A stretch of DNA of 62,976 bases, the filler included, from Octopus bimaculoides (taxonomy: Eukaryota): assembly GCF_001194135.2 (NCBI RefSeq). It is 6 parts of 5 records of this genome, joined end to end, with 100 filler letters (N's around TTAATTAATTAA, not from the genome) between each part and the next. Parts side by side here need not be neighbours in the genome. Positions count along the whole stretch, not along the records: positions 30,087 to 45,402 come from NC_069004.1; positions 45,503 to 53,822 come from NC_068989.1; 4 more parts are not named here. One strand, written 5' to 3'. Within the stretch, counting starts at the first letter, position 1. Every line of letters starts with the position of its first letter. Both the position numbers and the translations under genes were made by a program. This document shows, piece by piece, positions 36,532-48,482 of this stretch. The notes under the pieces were generated by a model that was given only the letters and a program-made list of their open reading frames with translations, had not been told where the DNA came from and searched no databases.

Positions 36532-38000
36532 GGAGGGAGGGAGGAAGGAAGAAATAATTAATGGGAGGGAGTGTGTGAGAAGAGGTGGGAGACAAAGGGG
36601 AGAAAGAAAGTAAAGGTAAAAAGGATTGTGCGAATGTTTGAGGGGGAGAGTAAGAGAATGAGAGAAAGAAAAGGTGATAAGTTTAAGAAGCCTCTTGACA
36701 AGTGGAGAAGTAGTAAAAGAAAGGGTAAAATTCAGACAGAGGGGGAAAAGAAAGAGAATGTATGGAAGGGGGGGGTGTAAAAATTTGAGCGGAGAGAAAA
36801 GAGACCGTGAGAATTATAGAGAAGAACAGAGTAGAAAGATTTAGAGAGAGAAAGAGGGAGAGAGGGAGGGAGGGAGAGCATGAAGGTGCAGTTGAAAGAT
36901 AGAAAGAGAGAGGAGAGTGAATCGGCGTGGGAGTGATATCTGGAGAGAGGGAGAGAGAAGGAGGTACAAGAATAAATGAGAGAGAGAGAGAGAGAGGAAA
37001 AGCAGATGGAGAATGGAAGAAGGAAGGAGAGGGAGGAGGAACAATTTGGAATTGGGGGAAAGGAAGGGAAGGGAAATAAGGAGGAAATTTGATGAACAGA
37101 GAGAGAGGGGGGGAGAGAAAGACCGGTATGGAAAGGAAGGAGAGGAAGGACTGGAAAGGGAGAAAGAGAGGGAGAAATAAAGTGAATGTGGTAGTCAGAG
37201 AGAGAGAGAGAGAAAGAGTGAGAGACAGAGGTAGGTAAAGATATACAGAAGACTACAATGGGAGAGAGGGAGAGAGAGAGAGAGAGAGAGAGAGCAAATA
37301 AAAGGAGAGAGTAACATAAAAGATAGATAGACAGATAGATAGAGAGAGATAAGGTAGGTAAAGATACACTGAAGACCAGAATGTAATTGAGAAGGTAAGA
37401 GAGAGAAAAGAGGGAGTGGGAGAAAGAGTGTATTTAAGGAGACAAAGAAAGGGAAGGAGAAAAACAAAGATATTACATAAAGACAAAAGATGTTGAGAGG
37501 GAAGAGGAAAATGAGGGGAAAGAGTTAAATGGAGAAAGGAAGATTGAGAGGAAAGCAGGCGATAGGGAAGAAGGAGGAGTGTGAGAAAGTGAGAAAGAGA
37601 GTGAAAGAGAGAGGTAGAGAAGGTGGAATAAAGAGAGCTTGGCAAGAATAGTGAGAAAGAGAGGGAAAGAAAGAGATAGAGTGAAAGAGATAGAAAACAG
37701 TTAGAAAAAAAGAGTGAGAAAGACAACAAGAGTGAGAGAAACAGAGAGAGAGAGAGAGAGAAACAGAGCGAGTGAGTGCGTGAGAGTAAGAGAAAGAAAA
37801 AGAAAAGTACATAAAAAATGTGAGAGAAGAGGAAAAGTGATTGACAAACATAAAAAGAGAGACAGATTCAATAGGTGAAAAAGGGAGTGATATATATATA
37901 TATATATATATGAAGGAGAAAGAAAGAAAGAGAGAGAGGGGGGAGAGAGAAAGGGAGAGAGATAGAGAGAGCGAGCGGGAGAGGGAGAGACAGACAGGGA
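36130..38000. repeat. Long purine-rich low-complexity / (AG)n, (AGAT)n, (AGAC)n tract
   Basis: Directly visible. Confidence 0.95.
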
Positions 38001-38382
38001 AATTACACTTGGAGAAAAAGGAAAATAGAAAGTTTTGGTTTTTCTGTGTATGTGTGAATGTATGTATTTAATATGTGTGTATGCGTATGTGTGTGTTTGT
38101 ATGCGAGTGCATCTCTCTCTCTCTATCTATCTATCTGTTTAATTATCGATCTATATATCTATATATTATTCTATCACTGTCTGTGTATGTATGTATGTTT
38201 TCTTTTCTCTCTCTCTCACGCTCTCTCTCTCTCTCTCACGCTCTCTCTCTCTCTCTCACGCTCTCTCTCTCTCTCTCACGCTCTCTCTCTCTNNNNNNNN
38301 NNNNNNNNNNNNNNNNNNNNNTTCTCTCTCTCTCACGCTCTCTCTCTCTCTCTCACGCTCTCTCTCTCTCTCTCTGTTTCGT

Positions 38383-39005
38383 TTAGAGTTTAATTCCGAT
38401 CGGCCACCTGCTTTGTAACAAGGTTGTAAAAGCATCTTGTTTTGTTCCATCATCTTTGAAATCTTCAGAAAGTCTTGCTGATTTTTATACTCCCCGATAT
38501 CGCGATCATTTGTAGATATACGAATTCAGGAGTTGTATGTATGTATGTATATATGCATGTATGTATGTATGTATGTATGTATGTTTGTATTATGTGTATG
38601 TATGTATGTATATATGCATGTTTGTATGTATGTGTGTATGTATGTGTCTATCTATCTGTCGGTCTGTCTGCCAGTTTGCTTGATTCCGGTTGTGTCGGTC
38701 TGTCGTCAGTCTGTTAGTCTTGTCCGTACCCATTACTTTTCTGATAATTATTTCCCCACCACCCTCTTTTATCGGCTGCTCTCACTCTTCGTGCATTTCT
38801 TTTCGTTGCTTTTCTCTTTCTTCTTCCACCACCATCGTTAAAAGAAGAAAAGAAAAGAAAAAACTCCTTCAAACTTCAGAATTACACAAAAAGATATTCC
38901 TTTTTTTTTTTTTTTTTTTTTTTTTTCTTCAAGAGACAAAACGAAACGGTCGAGGAAGGTGGAAACAGAAGGGGAAAGAATGAATAACTGAGAGAGAGGG
39001 AGAGG

Positions 39006-39041
<36 letters not shown>

Positions 39042-39067
39042 TTGGTAGACAGATAAGCTGACCAATA

Positions 39068-39108
<41 letters not shown>

Positions 39109-39320
39109 CGATGGTCAGTTATACATATAGATTGATAGGTAAATAGATAGACAGATAGACAAACAGACATACAGATAGGTAGAGAGATAGAGAGCTAGAC
39201 AGATAGATAGATAGATAAGTAGATAGACCAATGGTCAGTTATATATAGAGAGAGATAGAGAGATAAACAGATAGACAGATAGATAGACAGACAGACAGAT
39301 AGACAGATAAATAGACAGGC

Positions 39321-39353
<33 letters not shown>

Positions 39354-40048
39354 GGCAGATAGATAGATAGATAGATAGATGGATAGATAGGGGTGGGCAC
39401 CAGTGAACCAGGACAATTGAATTGAATTGAATTTTAAGGCAGCGAGGAAAATGGCGAGGGTGGATAAAGGAAAGGAGGGTGTTGGTGAGATAATGCGTGC
39501 GTGCGTGCGTGTGTATGTGTGCGTGTATGCTTGTAAGTGTCTGTTAAGTGTGTGTGAGAAAGAGAGAGAAAGTACGAGTCTGTGTGTGTATGTGTGTGAA
39601 TGAGAGAATGTGTTAGTGTCTATAAGTGTGAAGGTGAAAGAGTGTGTATGAAAGAGAGAAAGAGTGTATCTGTGTGGATGAGAGTGTACGTAAGTATGAG
39701 TGTATCTTTGTGTGTGTGTGTATCTTTGTGTGTGTGTGTGTGTGTTTAAATTGCTAGGAGAAGGTGAGGGCGTCGGTGTTTGCATGGTGAAAGTTTGGAG
39801 AAAATGAGCGGGGACTGTCAGAAAGATATTGGATTGCAGGAGTATGTAGACACACACACACGCACGCACACACTATTCTTTGATCAGACCAAAAATATCG
39901 CCATGTTTCTATATGTATTTGTGTGTGTGTGTGTTTATGTGCATATGTAGATGTGTAGTTCTATGTATTACTGTGGTGGGAGGGGCATATTACATAAGGC
40001 TTATTATACAGACACATAAATGTGATAAATGTGTGTGTGCGCGCGCGC

Positions 40049-40084
<36 letters not shown>

Positions 40085-40645
40085 ATATAAACTTCTAATT
40101 ATTATTATTATTTAAAAGAATTTTATTCTCTCCCTCTCTCTCTCTGTTCGCTATTATATATTTTCGGCATACTGCGTGGGTGTGTGATTTTTGTGTTTGT
40201 TAAATTGATGTAGAATATGGTGTATATTTTGGAAACGCGTGTTATGGAGGACATTTTTTCATCTCTACATATGTATATTCACTTTCTCTTTTTAATTCAG
40301 AGTCAATTTTGATCGTCCACCTGCTTTGTGAGAATCTTGTTTTAACCATGATCCTTAAATCTTAAAGTTTCACAGATTTTTATCCCCCCAGATATCATGA
40401 TCATTCGTGGCATATGAATTAAGCATTCGAATGTATGTTTGATTGTGTGTGCGCACGCTCACGTCTTTTCTTTCTTTCTTTCTTTCTTTTTTTTTGTTTA
40501 TTTCATTTAGAATCAATTTTGATCGTCCACCTGTTTTTTTATAGCAAGGTTGTGAAGGAAAGCATCTTGTTTTAACCGTTATCCTTTAAATCTTGGCGGT
40601 CTTGCAGATTTTTGTTGTCCCAGATATTGCGATCGATTGAAGAGC
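38383..40645. repeat. Three diverged copies of a ~140-bp local repeat (about 38387, 40301, 40511)
   Basis: Shared core AAT.Y.GATCG.CCACCTG ... ATCTTGTTTT ... AAATCTT ... GATTTTT ... CCC.GATAT..YGATC. Confidence 0.8.
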
Positions 40646-40688
40646 TTTCTCTGGCCAAGAACCAAAATTCAGCTATTATACATGCATG

Positions 40689-40732
<44 letters not shown>

Positions 40733-40960
40733 TATACCCGGCTTTTAATGCATAAGTATGTGTTTCATTGTACTCGTGTGACCATTGTATGCATGTCCCT
40801 GTGACACAACACACTTGTCTTCATGTAAAGTTGTCATTGTATGTACACATACATACACATAAAACTTTCAGTGTGTGTGTGTGTGTGTGTGTGTGTGTTC
40901 GACAAAAGAGACCGATTGAATAAGTACCAGGCTTAAATAAAATAGGTACTGAAGTCGATA

Positions 40961-42568
40961 CCGTGTTTCCCCGAAAATAAGACCTGGTCTTATATTAATT
41001 TTGCATTAAAAAAAACGCACTAAGGCTCATTTTCGAGGGATGTCTTATATTTTTGTGGAAAAAATCCAAGAAAGACAAAAAAGTCTCATGTCCTCGTGTA
41101 AAAGGAATAAATTGTAAAAAGGAAACCCATGTTTTTAGTTCCCAAAGTTTATTCGTTTATTGTTTTTCGTCAAGTACAAACATTTCATCCTCTTCTGGAA
41201 CATAAATCATCGAAATCCTGAACTTCAGACTGAATTTCTTGCAGAATCATGGACCCCAATCTCTCATGTTTGGCGATATAACTTTCCTTAAATGAACACT
41301 TTTTGTCCAAGTACCCTCCTCGTAGTGCATTGGCAAAGCAATTGTTGGTAATTTTATTTCATGAATTCTTCACCCATTTCACGACTATTTAGAGGTTGCG
41401 TTTGACAAAGTTTCCACGCTAATTTCTCTCCATTCTATGTTCGATATATTCATTCACTTCCATCCGCAAATAATCCTTGAAGGGCTTTTTTATTTTACAA
41501 GAATTAATGTTTGTAGATATGAAGTCATTTCTGTGGGAATCATTATGTGGTCAATTCTTCTTTCAGNNNNNNNNNNNNNNNNNNNNNNNNNNNNNNNNNN
41601 NNNNNNNNNNNNNNNNNNNNNNNNNNNNNNNNNNNNNNNNNNNNNNNNNNNNNNNNNNNNNNNNNNNNNNNNNNNNNNNNNNNNNNNNNNNNNNNNATTG
41701 CTAAAATACAAGTAACTCTTGCACTTTCGTATCCCGTTGAGGCAATGTTGATTGACGAGGCATCTGTCTGTTCAGTTGTCGTTTTAGATCCTTGGCCCAT
41801 AAATACTGCAGTCTCATCCATACAAATTATTGGAGAGATTGTCTTTAGAAAAGTAGATACCATCAACGAAGGACTTGAATGCAAGTGCACGTTGGATCAC
41901 TTCAGCATGCTCCAACTTGAACAATGTTGCCTATCTTCTAAGAGAGAGAGCTCATATCGCCCAAGGAAGTTATCCAACCAATGAGCTAATGCTTTGAATA
42001 TCTCTGGGGGTATATCCAACTGTAGTGCCATTCCAAGAGCAAATTCTTGAATATCAGCCCTACGTACAACCAAAGCCTTTGTTCTTCTGTTAGGAATCCA
42101 TGCCGAGGTGATATCTTCCAGCTTCGAAAATAACGGTTGTCGACCTGATCCACACTTGCGCTTCTTAGTAATTCCCTCATCCATCTGTCTGCTGAGATTA
42201 TCGTGCTCTGCTCGCCATTTTCAAACCATTCGGAAATCCAACATCTTCTCCTTACAGAAAGCCATAAGATTCTTACGTGACTTTTCCACAATTCTTTTCT
42301 TGTACTCCACGGAATAACTCTTTCTTTTTGCACTCATCTTGCCTGGGGGACAAGAGAGTCAAACCAAGGGAGTCAACTCCGTGTCTGCGCGCTTAGCGCA
42401 GACTTTAGCCAAGCTACAGTAGTTGGTTTATTTTGCAAGCATCACATGGTCTTGCTAACAAGCTGGTACATTTTTGACTAGGTCTTATTTTCGAGGTAGG
42501 GTTTATATTAAAAATATCTTGAAAAATCATGGTAGGTCAGAGTGGGTCTTATTTTCGGGGAAACACGG
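40961..42568 (-). mobile_element. pogo/Tigger-family DNA transposon (1.6 kb), disrupted transposase, inserted in a SINE
   Basis: Perfect TIR CCGTGTTTCCCCGAAAATAAGACC at both ends with TA flanks. Minus-strand ATG at 42337 (MSAKRKSYSVEYKK), a CENP-B-type HTH (GRQPLFSKLED...WLDNFLGRYELS) and a DDE_1 start (ICMDETAV...TGYESARVTCILA). Frameshifted, and too short for a full pogo ORF. The SINE sequence GGTACTGAAGTCGA|TA|CATTCGATTAAAA is split by the element. Confidence 0.93.
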
Positions 42569-44849
42569 TACATTCGATTAAAACCTGTAAGCTAACGGTT
42601 CAGCAAAAGCGACGGATAAAATAAATACCAGATAAAATAAGTATTAAGACATTCATTTTCTAAAACCTTTCCAGGCGGTGCCTCAGCATATATATATATT
42701 ATATATATATAATACAAATAATAAATGAGTATATGCATATATACGTACTTGTATGTACATACTTACATCTACCTTTATATATAGATGCATATCTGGGTAC
42801 AGGACATTGCAAACAAAACGTAGACAAAATGATAAACAAGTGCAGAAAACACACAGGCCACATAGAGAACATTTCCTTCATCAGCTGCCACCATTCAACA
42901 CTGGCGTTATATATATATATATATATATNNNNNNNNNNNNNNNNNNNNNNNNNNNNNNNNNNNNNNNNNNNNNNNNNTATATATATAACCACAGAGTTAC
43001 TATCGGGTTTGCAGTAGAAAATAAGATGCCTCGTGATTGAAAATCGAGTTTCTTAATCCTTCATTTAATGTTTTAATGAAGCGGAATTTTCTGTAAAATA
43101 TATGCATGAGTTTCGTGCCAAAATATATTTGGGAAACGCTGTACTAATATTATGAATAACATATCTGTTTTCAGTAACAAACTATTTCGTATAGAGGGCA
43201 TAAAGATTAAAATAAAGTAAATTTCGCTTTGTTGTATGGGATTTCGCTTTGTCTTATGGAATATAAAGCGTCGAAGTGATCGCAGAGCAACGTGAAATGA
43301 AGTGTTTTACCCAAGAACACAATGCACCACCTGGTCTAGGAATTGAAATCATGATCTAGTGAGCTGAGTTCAACACCCTAACCACTAAGCCATGCACCCT
43401 CATTATAAATATAGCTCTGATGCTCTAACGCAGGAACAAGTGCCATGGGACCCATGTTCACCAAAGAACCGAGTTGTCAGAAAAGGAAAGGAAAATTGCT
43501 ATATTATTCAACTAGAGATCAGTTTCGATCTCGGATCTTTTCTGTTTGGCTGCCAATTTTCAATCGCTTCAATTTGCATTTGAATTGATTTCATAATTGG
43601 TGTAATGATGTAGTTTTATATGCTAATCAATGCCATGGAATTCATTTTCGCCATAAATCAGTAAATAAAGTTATTAACTTTTAAAGTTTGCAAATTTTGG
43701 GTAATTTTAGCCAATCGTAAGCCAGACACATTCATGCCTGTATCCATAGTAACAAGCCAAACACGAGGACTCTTTTGTCTGCGAGATAGCACGTGCTGAG
43801 AAATATATTCTACGCGAAATGTGCCCATCTGCTGCTTGTATACTAGCCGAGAGATGTTTTTGCATAATCGTATGAATTCCCGAGTATAGAATACAAATTC
43901 GCAACAACTTTCTGAAAATTCCAAAAAATTAAAGAAAGTTATGTCGTGCGTAAAGGAGAAGTTGAATTTATTTACAGTTTCATGTTAAAACGCATCACGC
44001 ACAAAATGACAGCTTCCAAATCCTGTTTTCTGATTGGGTGAAAATGATCAAACTTTAAACCTCTACAACTTTAAAAAAAAATTTCTGGAAAAAGTGAAAT
44101 ACCTCCTGAGATTCAACTTGGAAAACTACATTAATACACTAAATTTTGAAATTTTCAATTAACTTCAAAATTTCCATAGATGAAACCAAACAGAAAAGAT
44201 CCTTGATCTCTGCTGTCCGGACCCGTTTTGGGGCATTCAACTAACGTATATTGTTCCACCACATCGTTCGGAAATGTCATACTTTGTAAACCCCACCACC
44301 ATCACCAAAACATCGCCTCGTTAATACATCTTTAAATCTGAATACAAAACAGAGAGCTGTCAACAGGAGCGAACGTCCTACCAACACAACAAACCACGTG
44401 ATTAAACTGCCTGAAACCAAAATGCCTGCTGATAACTACCGAAAAGCATAACAGTCATAGACAACACTGCCAATCATTTAATTAGCCTAAAGCGGAATAT
44501 GTTGATACTTATCAAAAATATATGACGTCGCCGACGATACTACCAGTCACGTGATTATTTCTGAACCCAAACTTATCTGCTGTTATCAGTCAATAGGAAT
44601 TGAACGTTGGACGTCATCGATAACGCTGCGAACCACGTGATCGATTACTTAACAAACCACAAGAAAAATTTAAAGATGCGCTAAATATTTTGAATACTTT
44701 GAACTAGCAGTTCTCACGCCGACAGAAATCAGATCAACCTCACCTTTCCCTGCAAAACATTAATGAACATATTTTGCCCTTCCTTTATTAATGAAAATAC
44801 AAAATGGTTTGTATTGATATTAACCACAAGTAGGCTTTGTAACCAGCTG

Positions 44850-44975
44850 AGTAGAAAACCCTTCCTGTGTGCGCGGGGCTGGTCGTGTTATCAGAATGAA
44901 TGACGAAAGAATACCCAAAGTCCTATTGTACTGCCAGCTTGATAGCGGGCACAAGGATGTTGGTCGACCCAGCAG
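44850..44975 (+). mobile_element. RTE-like LINE 3' ORF fragment
   Basis: AGRVIRMNDERIPKVLLYCQLDSGHKDVGRP matches the RTE C-terminal W.GHV.RM...RIPK..LYG.L..G.R..GRP motif. Confidence 0.75.
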
Positions 44976-45584
44976 TCAATATAGCTCACACCAGATAAGG
45001 TATTGGTTTCCTCATCGCTAGTCGCTAATTCATTCCTTCTAACTTAGGTTAACTTCTCTTAGCATAGCGTTCTCGCCATCCTACTAACAGCGTAACCCTG
45101 TTGTCTCTCTGCAACATCTTTGAGCTAACAGCCTTGTAGTGAACAGAATGGAGATCGTCGGGTCAAAATGGTTTAAGACACTTTGTTTTAACCAGCATTA
45201 ACAGGCCTAGGAGTGCAAGGTAAAGGAGAAAAGCGGCTGCACATATACCGCCTGCACTGACCCGTAATCCTCATACTTGCAACATCTACTGTTGTTTTTG
45301 CAAATCGTTGGTGGGATTCGATATAATTGAGAAGAAAAGTGCAGGTTGTCGGATCCTCATACGTTGAAAGCGACAGGAGGGTCCATCATACATACATATA
45401 TANNNNNNNNNNNNNNNNNNNNNNNNNNNNNNNNNNNNNNNNNNNNTTAATTAATTAANNNNNNNNNNNNNNNNNNNNNNNNNNNNNNNNNNNNNNNNNN
45501 NNTATATACACACACACACATATGTATATATCGTCAACTAAACGTGACTAAGGGTGTAAATAACACATTGCTAGAAATGGGAAA

Positions 45585-45899
45585 TAAAATGCTCCAATGC
45601 TGTTACAAAGCACATAATATATACTTTGATAGGGGCTGCAATCGCGCCGAACACTTAACCGAGAATTCCTTATTTCATGGTGAATATATATACACTGATA
45701 CGGCGAGCTAGCCCGGAATCAACCGAACAAGCTGGCTCCTCTGTGTTTAGCCCCTTATGGGCAATAAAGAAATAAGATGGCTACGGAAATGGCCGGAACT
45801 GGTTGATCAGTCTATGGAATTCTCGCTTCGGTTTTAGGGTTGATTGCAGCCCCTATCAGAGTATATGTTATGTGCTTTGTAGAAGCATTAGAGTACTTT
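45585..45899. mobile_element. Foldback/MITE-like element with ~58-bp inverted repeats
   Basis: ACAAAGCACATAATATATACTTTGATAGGGGCTGCAATC vs GATTGCAGCCCCTATCAGAGTATATGTTATGTGCTTTGT. No clear TSD. Confidence 0.7.
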
Positions 45900-46374
45900 A
45901 GCTCCTAAGCTTCCATCTGTATTATGCCTTTATGGCAAATGTAATGAAATAAAGAAGCATGCTTCCCAACCACATGGTTCCTGGTTCAGACCCTCCACGT
46001 AATACCTTCAGCAAGTGTCTTCTCTTGTAGCTTCGGGCCGACCAGTGCCTTGTGAGTGAATTTTGGTAGACGGAAACTGAAAGAAGTCCGTGATGCATAT
46101 ATATATACGTATATATTCTTTTACTTGTTTCAGTCATTTAACTGCAGTCATGCTGGAGCACCGCCTTAAAGGTCTTTTAATCGAAGAAATCGATGCCAGG
46201 ACTTATTCTTTGTAAACATAGTACTTATTTTATCGGTCCTTTTGCAAATGACATGAAAACAGCACAAGTAAACACTGAGAAAGGACTCTTCATCAGTTGT
46301 CAACTGTCTGTCTACTCCTCATTTCGAGCATTCAATGACAATAGAGTCTTCAAAGTTAGTTGCTTCCACAAATT

Positions 46375-46740
46375 CTAAAATAAGATTTAGGATTTATGGA
46401 GGGTCAAAGTTGAGAACAACAAAATGACAGTGGAGATATACAAGGAAACCGAACGAAAACAAACATGGAGGGTCGTTAGACCAGAACGAGAGGAAAATAG
46501 TGAACTCTGAGAGAAACTTTTTTTTAAAAGAGAAAATATAGAAGAGAGAGAAAAACACGTCCGTTCTTTTTAACGTCCGTGCAGGGAAAGAAAGATGGTC
46601 ACGTGAGGAAAAGAAAGATGGACGATGGTCACGTGTAGGCAACGAGACAGAGAGAAAGAGGGAGGGAGAGAGAGACAAATAGAAAACGGTGAAGAAGGGG
46701 GGGGGAGAAAAGAGAATTAGAGAAGGATGAAGGAAGAAAA
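46375..46740 (-). repeat. Second copy of the PLE-associated non-coding block seen at about 590-1050
   Basis: Collinear shared motifs with 590-1050. Confidence 0.75.
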
Positions 46741-46945
46741 CAGTATAGAGTAGAGAGTTCCATCAAAAAGGTGAAGATAAACTTACTTGGAAGTGGATGC
46801 GTCGCATTCAATTAAATAACAAATAAAATATAATATATATATAAAATACAGTTTTATATTTAAGAGATTAGGAATTATGTACATTATTTATATTATTTAA
46901 ATTATTTACATTTGACGGATATTTGTCCTCATCTTGTTTGTTGTT

Positions 46946-46991
46946 AACACAAACTTTCGGCTGACATACCCTCCAGCCTTCATCAGGTGTC
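46946..46991 (-). ncRNA. Degenerate minimal type I hammerhead-ribozyme motif in a PLE pLTR-like repeat
   Basis: Minus strand reads GACAC-CTGATGA-A-GGCTG..CAGCC-GAAA-GTTT-GTGTT. Stems I and II and the core are present, but stem III does not pair. Confidence 0.45.
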
Positions 46992-47038
46992 TTGGGGAAA
47001 TTTCGAACCTGGGTTCTCATTCCTAAGGTAATTTTCGA

Positions 47039-47092
<54 letters not shown>

Positions 47093-47094
47093 CA

Positions 47095-47466
47095 AGGTTA
47101 CTGACTGGAATCGAACTCGGAATCTTGGGGCTAGTAGCCGGCGCTCTTAGCCACTACGCCATATAAATCCTAAGCAGTATTTTTTCCGACTGTTCAGAGT
47201 TAAAATCCCACTGAGGTCAATTTTGCCTTTCATCCTTTCAGAATCGACGAAATAAAATACCAGTCAAGTAACAGAGTCAATGCAATCGACTTGTCTCCTC
47301 CCTTCAAATTGATCGCCTTGTACTAAAATCAGAAAGAATGTTTAAAAGTCATAATTGAGACAATGAAGGGAGCAAGATTCGGGGGACTTTCATCAGGCCT
47401 AATACAGCAAACCGTTATGTGCGTCTGTCATCGTGATGCATTGTAAATAACATTTGCAGGTGTATG
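47095..47466 (+). repeat. Diverged duplicate of the intronic segment preceding the aquaglyceroporin exon (cf. 48105-48489)
   Basis: Collinear over ~360 bp with scattered substitutions. It ends TTTGCAG|GTGTATG versus CTGCGCAG|GTATATG at the real exon. Confidence 0.9.
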
Positions 47467-47848
47467 TGTGGTTGTGTGGTAAGAGGTTTGCTTCCCAATC
47501 ACATGGTTTCGGTTACAGCCCTTCTACTATGGGTCCGAGCTAACGAAAGCTTTGCTAGTGGATTTGGCAGGCGAAAACTGAAAGAAGCCCTTCGTATGCA
47601 GAATGTATGTATGTACGTATGTATGTATGTATCTGTGTGTATTTGCCTTTGTGCCTGTGTTTGCTCCCTACCACCGCTTGACAACCGGCATAGGTTTGTT
47701 ACGGCTCTTCGGCAAAAGTGACTGTTATGTAATTATCATATTTAAAAAATATGTTCTGGCGTCTATTCGTCCAACTAAAGCCCTTCACGGTGGTATTCCA
47801 TCATGGCTATAGTCCAATGAGTGAAACCAGTAAAAGATAAAAGAAAAC

Positions 47849-47965
47849 AGATGCATGCTATATATCACAAGTTTGACATAAACAAACAGTCATACTTTGG
47901 AAAGAAAAAAGATGCATGCTATATATCACAAGTTTGACATAAACAAACAGCCATACTTTAGAAAG
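47849..47965. repeat. 61-bp tandem duplication
   Basis: AGATGCATGCTATATATCACAAGTTTGACATAAACAAACAG.CATACTTT.GAAAG occurs twice. Confidence 0.95.
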
Positions 47966-48482
47966 CCACTAATTTTAAAATGGGATGCTTTGGTCGGTAT
48001 GNNNNNNNNNNNNNNNNNNNNNNNNNNNNNNNNNNNNNNNNNNNNNNNNNNNNNNNNNNNNNNNNNNNNNNNNNNNNNNNNNNNNNNNNNNNNNNNNNNN
48101 NATTCAGGTTACTGCCTGGAATCGAACTCGGAATCTTGGAGTTAGTAGCCCACACTCTTAGCCACTACGCCATATTAATCCTAAGCAGTATTTTTTCCGA
48201 CTGTTCTGAGTTAAAATCCCACTGAGGTCAATTTTGCCTTTCATCCTTTCAGAGTCGACGAAATAAAATACCAGTCAAGTAACAGAGTCAATGCAATCGA
48301 CTTGTCTCCTCCCTTCAAATTGATCGCCTTGTATTAAAATCAGAAAGAATGTTTAAAAGTTATAATCGAGACAATGAAAGGTGCAAGATTCGGGGGACTT
48401 TCATCAGGCCTAATACAGCAAACCGTTATGTGCGTCTGTCATCGCGATGCATTGTAAATATGATTTCTTTATTTCTGCGCAG

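Noticed and set aside
43630-44185. Possible MITE with weak inverted repeats around CCAAT-like boxes
   Set aside because: The inverted match is short and degenerate, and termini and TSD could not be defined.
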